Shown here: one piece after another, positions 13,601-25,515 of the stretch
Position numbering within the stretch: the stretch's first letter is position 1
How the letters are laid out: each line of letters begins with the position of its first letter
DNA from: Yuukianura sp. NJ FZ-2021
Taxonomy: Eukaryota
DNA: 64,000 nucleotides
Assembly: GCA_046563655.1 (NCBI GenBank)
Contig: CM102289.1
Span: 1,736,001-1,800,000, forward strand
Direction of reading: 5' to 3'
The notes under the pieces: model-generated
Told to the model about the DNA's origin: nothing
Database searches by the model: none
The model's input: the letters and a program-made list of their open reading frames with translations, nothing else
Made by a program: the position numbers and the translations under genes

Positions 13601-16600
13601 CTCTTTGTAAAATTAATTTGAAAATTTAGTCACACAGTTTGTGCCTCCAGGGTGGCTGTGTCAAAGATGCAGAGATTCACACTTTGTGTCATGGGGCCTA
13701 TCTCTTCCCTTAGTTTTCGTTTTCTATAGATTTTACACGCACCATAAGTCCAAGTAAACCAGAGTTATGACACGCAAGCTCCAGAAAAATAGAATTTTAA
13801 CCTCAAAGTAAAAAAAAACGCCAAAATTTCTCAATGCTGGAAGCATACTAGTCTCATAAGTCGAAAAAATTGAAAGCGGTACACGTTCGGTCAATATTTT
13901 TCTTGGAGAAATTACAAACCACGAGTCTTTTCCCCTCGGGAGACAAAAATATCCGAATATTAATAGACTATTTCCCAAAACACACATGAAAACATACCAT
14001 ATCATCACATATTGGTTTTCATTTAACTAGAATTATGTTATTATCTAATACTATAATAATTATATATTGCCGTACCATAATTATATAGTATTTATAGCAT
14101 ATTGGTTTTAGTACCACATTTGCCGCTACAAACATTGAATTTTCCTGTGGAACAAAATTTCTCTCAACTCCAAAATTTTTGAAACGTCTCACTTAAACTT
14201 TCATCCGCAATGTATCATTTGCTAAATTTCTTAATTAACTACTAGTTTTTACTATAATAGACTGTGATGGACTTTATGTATATTGTATTATGCATACAAG
14301 GTTTGTTGACCTGTGATTTTCTATAACAGGTTGGGCTATACTACACCATAATATACTATGATATGTATTTTAAGTATATTTTGTATATTATAATATGATG
14401 TTAAGTGTATCACGTAGACTATTCTATGTGGTTTGTGTATGTGAGCATATTCGAAACTATTTTTTTGGAATGCCGAGCATGAACCGGTTTTAAGAACAGC
14501 TTTCACTTGCAAGTTCCATCGAATGTAATTTTCTTATTTTAGAATAATGGGTAAGCAGCGGGAAGCTTCATAACCAAAACATCGAAAAGAAGCCTTGTGT
14601 GAGCACTTCTCCGGCGATTCTTCGTGAATATTGGATGAGATAGGAAGTTAGTGTACATACAAGGACAGTCAGGAAGTACAGCATGTCCCAAATTGCTACA
14701 CTTTTAAACTACGTCGTGCATTGCACAAAACTATTACACTCTTTGTCCTTTCACCAAAACTTTTGACACACGTTGGAAAGTGGAGCTGGAGACAATTGGG
14801 TTCTTAAGCTTGAGAACGTGACTGTTTGCGGAAGAAGGGGGCTCAGGGGAAGAAGTGTGCTTGGAGTATCTCCAGCCTTCCAGAAACAGCCTCCAAAAAT
14901 CCCCAAAGAAACCAACAACATCTCCCCAGAGATTATGGACCAAAATGGAACGCTGGAAAATCCTACGTTTCGATTAGCATCAACAGAGAAGAAAACCTAC
15001 TGGAGCATACGAGGTTTGGAAATATCGAGGTTAGGGTAAACAGGCTCAAACATTTTTTAAACTTTTCAAAAAGTAATCTGCCTAACATAGTCGACCGCAT
15101 AAACTGTGCATAGTAAAAACCGAAAGCACGAAAACAATCATTTTTCGGTTATCTCACTTTCAACAAAAACACACAACGGTTTTTGGTTTTTCCAAAATTT
15201 TCTGTAAGCAGCGAAGCAGTAAAACCGATTTGGTAAACCTAACCCTGAGCTTAACTTAAAATTTAACCACAAAATTAGTATAAGAGAATCGAGTTTCAAA
15301 AAAGTTTCAAAATTTTGAAAGTTTACCTTCGTAGTTTCTGTTTCCGCGGAGGAAGGTCGGCCTGTCTTGCTGGTGAAAGTTTTCAAAATCAAAAATTCCC
15401 TCGCTTTCACTCCCGCTCTCCACTTCTGAAATAAAACGAAAAAAAAAGTTGTGGAATTGAAACTAATAGTTTTTTTTTCATTTTTTATAAAATGTAACAT
15501 GTCGTTGACATTTTTTGTTTTTCCGAGTACAGTTTCAACTCAACTTTGTTTTTGTCATTTTTCATATTAATGTTTGAACAGTTCCGCTCATGCGCAGTAG
15601 TCAACTTGATAGTTTCGTGCTTCGAATTGAAGCACAAGTGAGTATAAGGGAGCTAAACAAACAAATTATAGGAAGGACGAAGAATGATGGGAAAAGTCAA
15701 AAGTTGTTGATTCCCGCCAGGACTCAAAAACTCCCGGTTTTCCCTCAAGGGCTTCAGAAGGAAGAAGGAAAGGATCCCGGAAGCCTCTGGAAGCAACTAG
15801 AAGGAGTTTGAAGTTAAGGTGAATTTGAATTGGAAACTTTTCCCGGGAAAAAAGTTTTGTAGTTAAGGAGCTTCTTCTTCTTCTTTTCTTCGACAGTACA
15901 CTGTTCCCACACACACAAAGTTCCCAGAAGGGAGAGAAAGTTGGAATCTTTAAGCAAATAATTTCCAAACACTCAAAAGCAAACTCTAACTTTTATTTTC
16001 CGCCTTCTTCCCTTCCTTTGTATTGACATCAGAATTTATTCCATCATCACTTTCCGCTGTACTATGAAAGGAACCGTATGGAATTCCCATAGGGTATGGT
16101 TAGGTTTAGTTAGGTTAGGGGAATTTGACTAGGGTGAAGGCAGTGACACTGGAAGATGACATTTCAAATGTTCCCTCACATGGAAGGGCAAACCCATTTC
16201 ATGGAACAGAAACTCCAAGTTCATTGTCTCTAATTACGGAGAGGAGAGGGAAACTTTCACTTCCTTCAAGCACCCTCATTGTTTCAAAAACTTTCTCATT
16301 TGCTTTCCGAAGCAGAAAATTTATGAAAAATTTCAAACTTTATTTGAATACAACAATGCACGGGAAAAGATGAGGGCGAAAATGAAAAAAAAAAAAGAAT
16401 TGAGTGAAAACCGCGTCATTTTCACCAACACCCACAATATGTACCACAAATTAAATTTTCTGCCAAAAACTAAAGTAAAATATTTTCAGTTTTGGAGATT
16501 TAAAATCTAGAGTATAACTGCTAGACAAAAATTTGAAATTTTGAAAAATAAAATTTTTGGTGAAAGCAGATTTTTTTTTGTATGGAAAAAAAAGGCTTGT

Positions 16601-19600
16601 TTAACTACTTTTGTTGTTTGTTTTTGTTATTCCATCTCAAGCTCAAGCTAATTATCAAATCAATCCATTTTTCAAAAAATTCTTAAAGCAAGGATTTAAA
16701 AGTATTCTTTAAAGTTGTAATTTCGAAATATTGTTTTCGATAATTTTTGAGCGTAGTTGCAGACGGATGAGAAGTTTGTATGACCGTCTAACATTACGCC
16801 AACGCTGATCCGCGGTAAGAAAAAGTTTCGTAACCAAGCAGAAATAGTTTTTAGAAAGCAGAAGCTGCGTCCTTTGAGCTTCTCCTTTACTTTCCCATTC
16901 TGCTGTAGGACGGAATTCAATAAGAACTTTTCCCTTTGAAGCCTCGGAGGAGGGAGGAGGGGAGAAAGTGGGGGCGGGGAGTGAAATATGAGTGTTTCCA
17001 TATCATCTCACTTTACACACATTTCATTTATAAACACATTCCAAAAACTCAACAACTTTTGAGTCTCCCGGGACTTGTGAGCGGCAAAAGGAGAGAGTGA
17101 GACAAAAGTTTTTAGAATTGGAGACGCTCTCTGAAACTGAAATCGGAGATGGGCGACTACTCTTTGAAACTCATGCCCACCTCTGTTTCATTTGCTTTCA
17201 CCAAAAACTTCAGTTAGGTTTTGAGCAACAACACACTCAGTTTTAGTTTACATGTCCTTGGTGGACGAGGTAATAATGATTGTAGGAAAGTTGTGTAGAC
17301 CACCAGAAGAGAGAAGTGGAATGAAATAGTTAGATGCTGATGTTCCGGAATCACGCCACGACGGTCTTTCACGACCGGAGCGGGAAATCGTGCTGTAGTG
17401 GAAATTGTATAATCATGTAATGATCGTGTAACGTTAAATTCCGGAGAGAGGTACATGGTGGATTCAAGTACATGCGAAACCTACAGTTTTACATCTAATC
17501 CCAAGAGCTTTCCGTGTTCAACTTACAACATTCTCCAAACTTCGGCTCTTACTCATCCCAAACTTTAAAAAAAACTACTTCAGAATCAATCTCAAATTCG
17601 TCACAGACACTCTCATGCTCCAGAAATTTAAAAGAACAACAAAGGCAACGAGAATTTTACACCACAAAGACCAGGCTACACAAAGAAAAATTTTTTTAAA
17701 CTCAAAATTTTGAAAATGGAAATCTAAAAAATGAAATTTGGAAAATTAATCATAATTTTCGTGCAACGTTTCTGCACGGCCACCATTTTACTGTTCTACA
17801 GAGTCAAATTTTCAAACTTTCCCCTCTGTTATCTAAGCCAAAAAGCAAGAAATGCTCAACTCACGATCAGTTTATTTTTAGCTTCAAATTATAAAACATG
17901 GAAAGGTAATTTTTTCTTTTGAAAATTGAAATCAATTGGGCAAAGAATGAGAAGAGGAATGACTTTGAACTTTTGTGAGAAGGTTAAGGACTGTCGGTAC
18001 AGCTAGGAATTTATGAGTGGAGTTTAACAGTATTTTAGTACAGATGAGAAGTGTTGAACTTTGACGAAATTGCAGAGCGTGAAGTTTTGAAATGAATCCT
18101 CGACCAAGAACAGGCTCATTTATCATTTAAATGATTCATAAAAATTTAATTAGGTTTTGGACAGGAGGAAATTAATGAGAAAATGTGCTCTTTTTTTGCA
18201 GCATCAGTGATACTCTTCTGCTAGGGCAATAAGCCAAAAGCCATCATCACATTACCACATACATCCTTCTCAGTTAAAAGAAAAGGAGTTGCCTTAATTG
18301 TGAATTGTGTAATGAAGAAAGTTGTACTGCTCCTGCAAGGTTTTTGGATCATAATCGCAGTTTAACCTTTAAATTATACTGCAAAACGGAGACAATGGTT
18401 TATCATTGTAAGAAAAAAAGTTCCCGCGCGAAAATTCAAAATTCCTGGACCGTGGGATTGTCCAACTCCCACCGGTTTTGACATTTCATGTCAGATTTGC
18501 GTTTGCCTAAATCACAAACTGTAATTTCAAAAATTTATGATTTTTCTTTCATTTTACTTTTGTCTGCGCCAATCGAAAAACAAAACATCCTGAATCATTT
18601 TTGGAACATTTCAACTTCATCTTTTTTTCTGAAAAAACATACAGTGTCTCACTCATTAATCTAGTTTCGTAATCCATTAATTTTGACAAGTTCTAAGTTT
18701 CATATTGCAAATTTGTATCAACATTTTGCAAATAGGCTTCAAAATGTCCAAAGTATTTCAAATATTTGCAAAAAAAAAATTTTTTTTTGTGGCAAGTTGT
18801 CAGTCATAGCCTACCTGAATTTCTAGCATGTAAATGTAGCATGTTTAAACAACAAATGATTTATTGACAGGTCTGTTTCATTTGCTCATCTCTTCTCTTG
18901 TAATTGATGTCGTCAAACTACTCTCAAGGAAATTAATAATCCATCAACCACATCAATGGTTGCCAACTAGAATCACATGTTACAGTAACATAGTAAAGAC
19001 CAGTAACCACCACCAAGGTAACCACCATGGTAACCACCTCAACGTTTCAACTTTTTCAGAAAAATATGGGCACTTATCGATTTTTCCAGGATTTATCATA
19101 ATTTATCATCAAATTTCAAAAAGCTTCTAAAAGCTGCTTTCAAAAGCATCAACTATCAAAGTCGAAAGCGTCTGCCAACCGCGTACAGTTGAAATTTAGT
19201 TTAAATTTCTGAAAAACTGTTTAGTTAACTACTAACCTAAGTTAAAGTAGCCTAACACTTAAGTAACCATTGACCTCCTCGAAAGCCACGCCCAGTAACC
19301 ACGATGGTTACCGTGCAGATCGTTATCGTTTGCTCACGGATTCTAAATTTTGCAGAAGACACTGCGTAAGATATGCTTGGGATAAGGAATGTTAATAGGA
19401 CGGAGCGGGATGAGGCATGACTTTGGCAGTTTAATTAATCCACTCAAGCGAAACGTTGCAGAGGCTGCACTGTCTTCAAGTTGTTCCAATTAGCATCTCC
19501 CATGAAATATGAAGTCAAAGCCCACCACATGAAATCCTCCTCATCATCACCCTTCTCAAAACGAAATTTGCAATTTTGGCGCTTAGCATCCACAACGTAC

Positions 19601-22600
19601 AAGTTTAAGACTTATTCATTCATCCTTACTCAAAAAAAAATTGGACTCCATGAATCTTGTTTTGTAATTTGGAGAATCACGACTAGAACTAAACCGGTTT
19701 TTGGCAAAAATCGCGAATTACTTTTTGCAAATCCTGAATTAATTGCAGTATTTGGCGAAATTGAAACAGGAAAGAAGGCGTGGCTTAAAGGCAAGATAAT
19801 AATTGTTTTTCAAATGAACATTTAATTTGAAATAAAAAGAAAACTTAATTTAAACGTCAAAAGTTTGAAGCGTGAGCAGAATTTTTTGTTAGGTTTTGAT
19901 TGAAAACTTAATTTTAGGATTTCCAAAAAAAAGTGCACAGGATTAGATCAAAAACCTCAGTTGAACTTATACCAAAAGGAAAAATCCTAACGTTAACAAA
20001 TAATTTGTGGCTGCCAAATCGTGGACATGTTGTAGGAAAAATTTGTTATTGTCTAAACCAGACAGGTATTGTGCGATTGTCTAACTTTCACATTTTGGCG
20101 GAAATTGAAAGTAACGTGAAAAGACTCTTTGTGGTTTTGGTTTGTTGGCGGAAGAATCGGAGCTTCGGCCAAGTGAAAGTGACGAGTCTGAATGAAATCG
20201 TAATGCTGTGTACTGATCTTATGTGCGGTTGGTGAGTCATGGTGAAAAGCTCAATAAAAACATAGTTCAAACTACACTTTCACTCACACCATTTTACTCG
20301 ATTAAAATCGTTTGAACAAGATACAGTAGTTCACCAAATAATACTAAAAAAGTTAAATTTTTGACACAAAATAGTTTTCCCTCGACTGAGAATTTAGTTA
20401 AAATTGATTTGTAAGAAATTAGACATTTCACAAAATTTGCTCCTGAAATTTTTAAAATAATTTTCTCCAAATAAACATTTTCGCCGATTTAGTTTATCGT
20501 TCAGATTAGCTTTATTAATCTGCTAATTTTGGAAATCCAGTGCTCGCCATCGTGCTTTCAGTAAATAATCGATTAGAGATTTTTCTAATGATCGATTATT
20601 AGCTGGATTTAATCGATTTTTTCGTTAGTTTTAATCATATGTGGACCATACGCTAGTATGTTCGTGGTCTTTAAGCAGGAAAGGTTACTATTAGGAACAA
20701 TTTCTTTCTGTCCAGTGATCACCAAATAAATGAGGTTGGGTTGAGTGGAGAACAAACACAATTTGGAACCACATCTTGTGGATGCTGCATCTCCCGAGAT
20801 GCAGTCCACAAGATCAAAGTGCCGACACAAGGAATAGGAAGGGGTCAAAGGAAGAACCAAGGGAACTGCCCTTCCCATGACTCCTCTACCCAAACAACTC
20901 TGGGAATAGCTCAACTAACACTAACGTGCCAAGTGACTACAATAACAATGGCAATTTCAAATGCTAATTACACTCAACTCATATTTTACCTGGAATTACC
21001 ACTCATTTGTTACCATCGACTCTAAGCCTCTCAAGTTTATGTGAATCACCAACTTCTAACAACTTCTTCCAAATTTCGTATTCTGTTCCACCCTTTTACC
21101 ACTTTTTTGAAAAATCGGAATTCAACTTTTTGTTTTACAACTAAAAATTACCACTTTTTTGAAAAATCGAAATTCAACTTTGTGTTTTACAACTGAAAAT
21201 TGCATGATGGCACATCAAATACTCAAGAACGCAGTTTAAAATTCCGACTTTTCTGGGTAATAAATTATCTCTAAATTTTTTGAATCTTTCTGGCTTTTTG
21301 CATCTTTTGACTAAAATTTCTTTCTCATTTTGTTTTTTTCTGTTTAAATTTTTTAGTTTAACTTTTTCTCTAGATGTTGTGGAGTTGGGCCTATAACATT
21401 GGAAAGGTCAGAGGTGAGTTGTTCGATTTAGCATATGCTAAGCCTAATGTTAGAATTGTGTAGCTGTAGTCTAACATTGGCACCACACTTGCATATTCAG
21501 GATGTCTCTGGAGTACTTTAGGGATGTAAATAAGTGACGAGATGAGAAGTGGGGAAGAGAGTTTGTTTGATTAATGAAGTGTCAATTCCTGCCTCACCGA
21601 CAGTTTATTTTCAACTTCTTCCTTAAGAGACACTCTTGAGTCACTTCCACTTGACTTACACCTCAGGACTCCAACTCCAAGTGGATTTGCATCTCTTAGA
21701 CTATATTTAGTGAGCCTATAATCCAAAAGTCTATGAACTCTATAGAGTTCAAGGTGGGTTCCAAGAAAATGAGACTCGGAATTGCTCAACTCGGAAACAG
21801 GCGAAAAGAATCCTTCACTTTTTCATAAACTAAGCGTTTTTAAATCTGCTCATTTTGAAATTTTTTGAATTTTTGAATTTTAATTTTTGGGGTTGTGATT
21901 TTCAAAAACGCACGTAAAAGCTGCATGTAAGCGAACACCTCGATCATATTTTTTGTTAACTTTTCGGTTGTAATTTTTTTGGTACTCAAAAAGTGTTCAG
22001 AATTTGTGAAAATAAAAGTACAGTTTAAACTAAATAAAAAATTTACGGAATAAAAATTGCGTCACGTTTGTCACTGACAAACGTCTAAATTTTTTGATGC
22101 AGAATTTCCAAAATTGTTTCCAAATTTACAAAAAATGTAAGGAAAATAAACCGTTGGGGGAGAAGATGAAGGATGAAGTTTTTTAACGCCATGTCGGACT
22201 GAAAGCAAATATTTTTTGTTGTGCTGTTTTTCGAAAAACTTCTATGTTTTAGCTTATAGAGAAATAGAAAAGTAGGGAACTTTTCCTTCGTACATTTCAT
22301 TCCACTTGAGATGGAATCCTCAAACCCGGAAAATTGTAAATGGTAGCAGTGTAGGCACAGAGTGGATTGAAACTGTTTAGATTTTAAGTGTGCGTTTGAT
22401 TCGGTTGAGCAAGTACAAGGTAGCTCCAAGGCACAAGTTCCAACCACAAACTTCCCGCTAAAATGAATCCATTCAGTGCACTTATGCACTCTCTCAAAAT
22501 GAAAAGCGGGAGTTTCGGGCAGAGAGCTCTTCAAAAATTATGAAAAAGTCTAATTTACCTGGAGGCAAAAATCCTTCTCCGGCTGCTCCTTAAAATAAAC

Positions 22601-25515
22601 AAAAACTTCGTAATCATAACCAAATTTTTTCTGCTTCAGCTACTCCCGCTAAAAGCGTCATTTTTTGAAAATCTGTTACATAGCCTAAAAATGATTCAAT
22701 AAACTAAAACATAATCGTAAAACCAAAAACGTACCTCAACTTTACTTAAAACTTGAAACATAACCTAACGCAAAACAAACTTTAAACTACGAACTGTTTA
22801 AAAAATGCACCTGATCTCAAAATAGTTTTCACAACTTGAAGTCCTAACCTACAAACTAAAGCGAGACAGTTTTGAAAAAATAAACGTGAGTAAAATTTTG
22901 TGTTTTTGTTCAATTTTTTTTTCCAAATTTTTTTCTGCTAAGCGGAGGAGCAAGTAAGATAGAATCTGACAAAAGTTAATGAGGGTGTGTCACATAAATA
23001 ACTTAATGTAAGAGACTTCATTCATGAGTGCAGTTAATTTTGGCACACAGAAACACTGTGTTACTGTTTTCATACAAAAAAAAAACACTGAAAGTGTTTC
23101 TGTTTTACTTGTTTGACACTATAAAACTTTTTTTAAAAATACACTGAAAAAACTAAAGTCATTGAGTTTTATTTATATTTTGAACTTTTAAGTCTGGACA
23201 CTTCTACACGTATGAGATAAGATAAGGCAAAACTTAACCTAAAATTGGACGGCGTTTCCGTCTTTAGAGCAACACTAAATCAGATGGAACGTGTGAAATT
23301 TCGAGAAAGTAAAAATAAACAAACTTTGAAGTCGGCACAGATTTTCGCCAGGTTCGTAGGAATCGCAAAGTCGCAAAAATTTATAGCCATTTTCCAGAAA
23401 CCATAAAAATCTAATCCGGTTAAAACAAAATTCTTTGAATTTTTACTTTTGGCCTGCCAAGTAATGCGCCAACGTTGTAGGAATTCGAACAGCTTAATTT
23501 TGTTAAATTTCGAAATTTTGAACATCTTTAGTTTTACAACTGCAGTACACCCAGTTTGAAATCGTCATTACTTAGGTATTGTAATGATACCGCAAAGGAT
23601 TTTGACTTGCGCCGGAACCATAGAAGACAAAAGTTATAGATTTTTTGGTTAAATTTGAATTTGCAAAGTAAAGTTTTGAGCGTCGTCTCCCATGCGCTAG
23701 AGTCGCTCACAAGAGTTGGCGCAAAATTGAAATTTATGATCAAATAAATGAAACCACGCAAAAGAGCTTTAAGGATTTAAGTTCGCAGTTTCTAAGTTTC
23801 TCGTTTCCCGGGAAAAGGCTTTCTCCTTTGTCATTAGGTTAGTGCTTTAGGTTAGTTAGGTTAGGTTTGCTCTCTTCCATTTCCATTGTCTCTTTCAATT
23901 GTCTCATCTCTGAGCCCAAAGTAACGCAACTTTTGCAAAACTGTTCCAGGAACTTTTACTTTTAAATAAAATCCCCCGCCAAAAAGACTTTCTCCCTCCG
24001 GAAACTCTTTTCTCCCCGCGTAGCTTTTTACTTTCCGTCATTTTCACTTTTTAGACACGAAACGACTTTGTTTAAACTGGCTTTTTAGTTGTAGTGACTC
24101 TCGGGCCTTGTAGCACTCCAAATTAGAGTAACTTAGCCTGATGGCACCCGGAGTCACTTTGGGGAAAGTGAGACACTAATTTGGATGACTCCGCCCCTAA
24201 TTTACAATTATCAAGCCCTTGTCAACCTCGGTTCACTGCAACTGTGACAGTACCATGAGTAAAACATGAGCAAAGTAGTGTTTTATGCAACGAGCCTAAT
24301 GGTGAGAATGACTAACTCACAAAAATGAGTCCGGGGTTCGAATCCCACCTCATCTAATTTTCATGCTTACTTTTTAGAAGATTTCTTTTAAATGAAAACA
24401 GTCAAAATCAGCGTTGTAAGTTGTAAAAGCAATCTTGGGTGAAGTGAGACAGCAAAATGAATAAATTAGGTTTTATGCAAACGGCGTAATAGTGAGAATG
24501 ACTTGCTCACAAAAATGTGTCGTGGGTTCGAATCCTACGTTTCATGATCAATTTGTGACTTTTTTTTCGCAAAAACTGACAAAATTAAAATTGGTATAAA
24601 GATTAATGTTCATTGAAATTCTGAAAAGCCGTAATTAATGCTGAATTAAAGTGAGAAGTGTGAATTGATGAGACCTAATTTTTTTTTTGAAAATTTATAG
24701 TTGCTTAAATGCCATTGCCAAAAAGCTCAAAAATTAACCACAAAGAGAGCAGAAATTCTGAATTGGACCAAATACTCACTTTGAATAATAAAGATTTCCG
24801 TTAATTATTACCACTTCCAAAAAATGTAAATGTCCAAAAGCTCCTAAAGAAAAAAATGGTGTAAAAAAGTGGCGGTTCACAAACAAAAATTAGGCACGTC
24901 TCACTTCGGATTCCCTCATCGTCGGCTTCGCTCTGAAGCGCTCGGGAAACTCATTTCCCAAAAAAGTCACGTCACTTGGCGTTTTTTCTTGGAGTGGTTC
25001 CATGCTCACTTGTCATATTTCGCACGTCAGACAAAAGTCGGAGTCTCACTTTCTTTCCTTCGGCTGCTCCACAACCCTGCCTGGACATGGCATTTTTTGG
25101 TTTTTTGGGCAAAAGTGACAGGAAGGTGAATTTATGTGAGTGACTCACGCGAATGGAACAGGAAGAAAACAGAAAACAAAAGGAGATTAACAGGAAATCT
25201 AACACTTGAAGATTAGCTGACCCCTGCACATGCGCTCTTCGTTGAAACAAAACTGTTGGCGCAGGGGCAAAATGACCAACTTTGTACACACACTGCACCT
25301 ACCGCAATTATAACCCGAATTTTTGAAATTTGGAAAAATGAAATTATGCCAAATCTTATGCCAAAAATTTTGTTTAGTGTTGTACTTTTTGAATCCAGTT
25401 TAACGTCTTGCGTTAAATTTGAATTTTGCTTACCGTGGTCTTGGTGAAAAGCGAGTCCGGTGACATAGAAGAGCAGGAGCAGGAAAATGCAGAGTTTAAT
25501 TGACTTGTTCGCCAT
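4660..25515 (-). CDS. 5' part of a large-intron gene for a secreted, arthropod-conserved uncharacterised protein (C-x-x-P-x-x-W-x-G-x-W-F-Q-S-G family); continues beyond the left edge
   Basis: Exon 25515-25434 (tttcag|ATG...CACG|gtaagc) encodes signal peptide MANKSIKLCIFLLLLFYVTGLAFHQDH and ends in phase 1. Exon 4804-4660 (tttgcag|...|gtaagt, 145 nt) opens in phase 1 and reads GGCALPTSWHGRWFQSGLNLQAIGIDQKSIATKGICLESHEDKFLFYDK. I recognise this from memory as the N-terminal domain of a conserved arthropod family (PANTHER LP06548p-like). The join between the two exons is inferred from phase and content. Confidence 0.7.
5365..6598 (-). mobile_element. Non-autonomous non-LTR retroelement carrying only ORF1 (half-LINE-like)
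   Basis: 15-bp direct repeat CTCAAACACATTTTA at 5350-5364 and 6599-6613. The minus-strand 3' end has a stem-loop (GCTCC..GGGCT-TCG-AGCCC..GGAGC) followed by a (TAA)n/A-rich tail. It contains a single ORF and no RT or endonuclease ORF. Confidence 0.85.
5701..6486 (-). CDS. LINE ORF1p-like nucleic-acid-binding protein (coiled coil + RRM + CTD; Transposase_22/L1-type)
   Basis: Intronless ~261-aa ORF from ATG 6486. It has a Ser-rich N-terminus with KRPASSP, a heptad segment (VDNRLTAIDEELNRVNKKL), and RRM-like NVIIAGLEE...RRLGRK..RARLVQVKL followed by KIFINPERTKMDRQ. Confidence 0.8.
   Translation of the reverse strand: MSKLLRSPTMNQYNSQSSSRSNLTSSNPNLSQPSSLKRPASSPLTNDDKKNKDLIQSVDPLSGTLEDQMRFLVQQFLEWQPMWEKLKGIDTIDPIAVDNRLTAIDEELNRVNKKLIAANVIIAGLEEGNEESFEDLHQIVRTVFQKLNLSSLDFSQCRRLGRKTNRARLVQVKLLRERDKYTILERKSQQRNDPFLKKIFINPERTKMDRQKEGILRAARKNLRNDHPGARFEIRQGKMTMVNGKSIKTFTVDPDGAVIPV
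7126..7153 (+). repeat. (AAAC)7 microsatellite
   Basis: Seven consecutive AAAC units read directly. Confidence 0.9.
21096..21201 (+). repeat. 52-bp tandem duplication
   Basis: ttaccacttttttgaaaaatcg(g/a)aattcaacttt(t/g)tgttttacaact(a/g)aaaa occurs at 21096 and 21148. Confidence 0.85.
24280..24540 (+). repeat. Two tRNA-derived (SINE-like / pseudo-tRNA) units, 24280-24350 and 24470-24540
   Basis: Both have an A-box-like GCCTAATGG/GCGTAATAG, a shared core gtgagaatgact..ctcacaaaaatg and B-box GGTTCGAATCC. No closing acceptor stem is present. Confidence 0.6.

Noticed and set aside
13940..14465. AT-rich MITE-like segment
   Set aside because: Internal repeated motifs are visible, but no clear TIR/TSD boundaries could be established.
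17281..17484. Solo LTR (TGTAGG...CCTACA ends)
   Set aside because: Only a 6-bp inverted match, with no target-site duplication, PBS or PPT.
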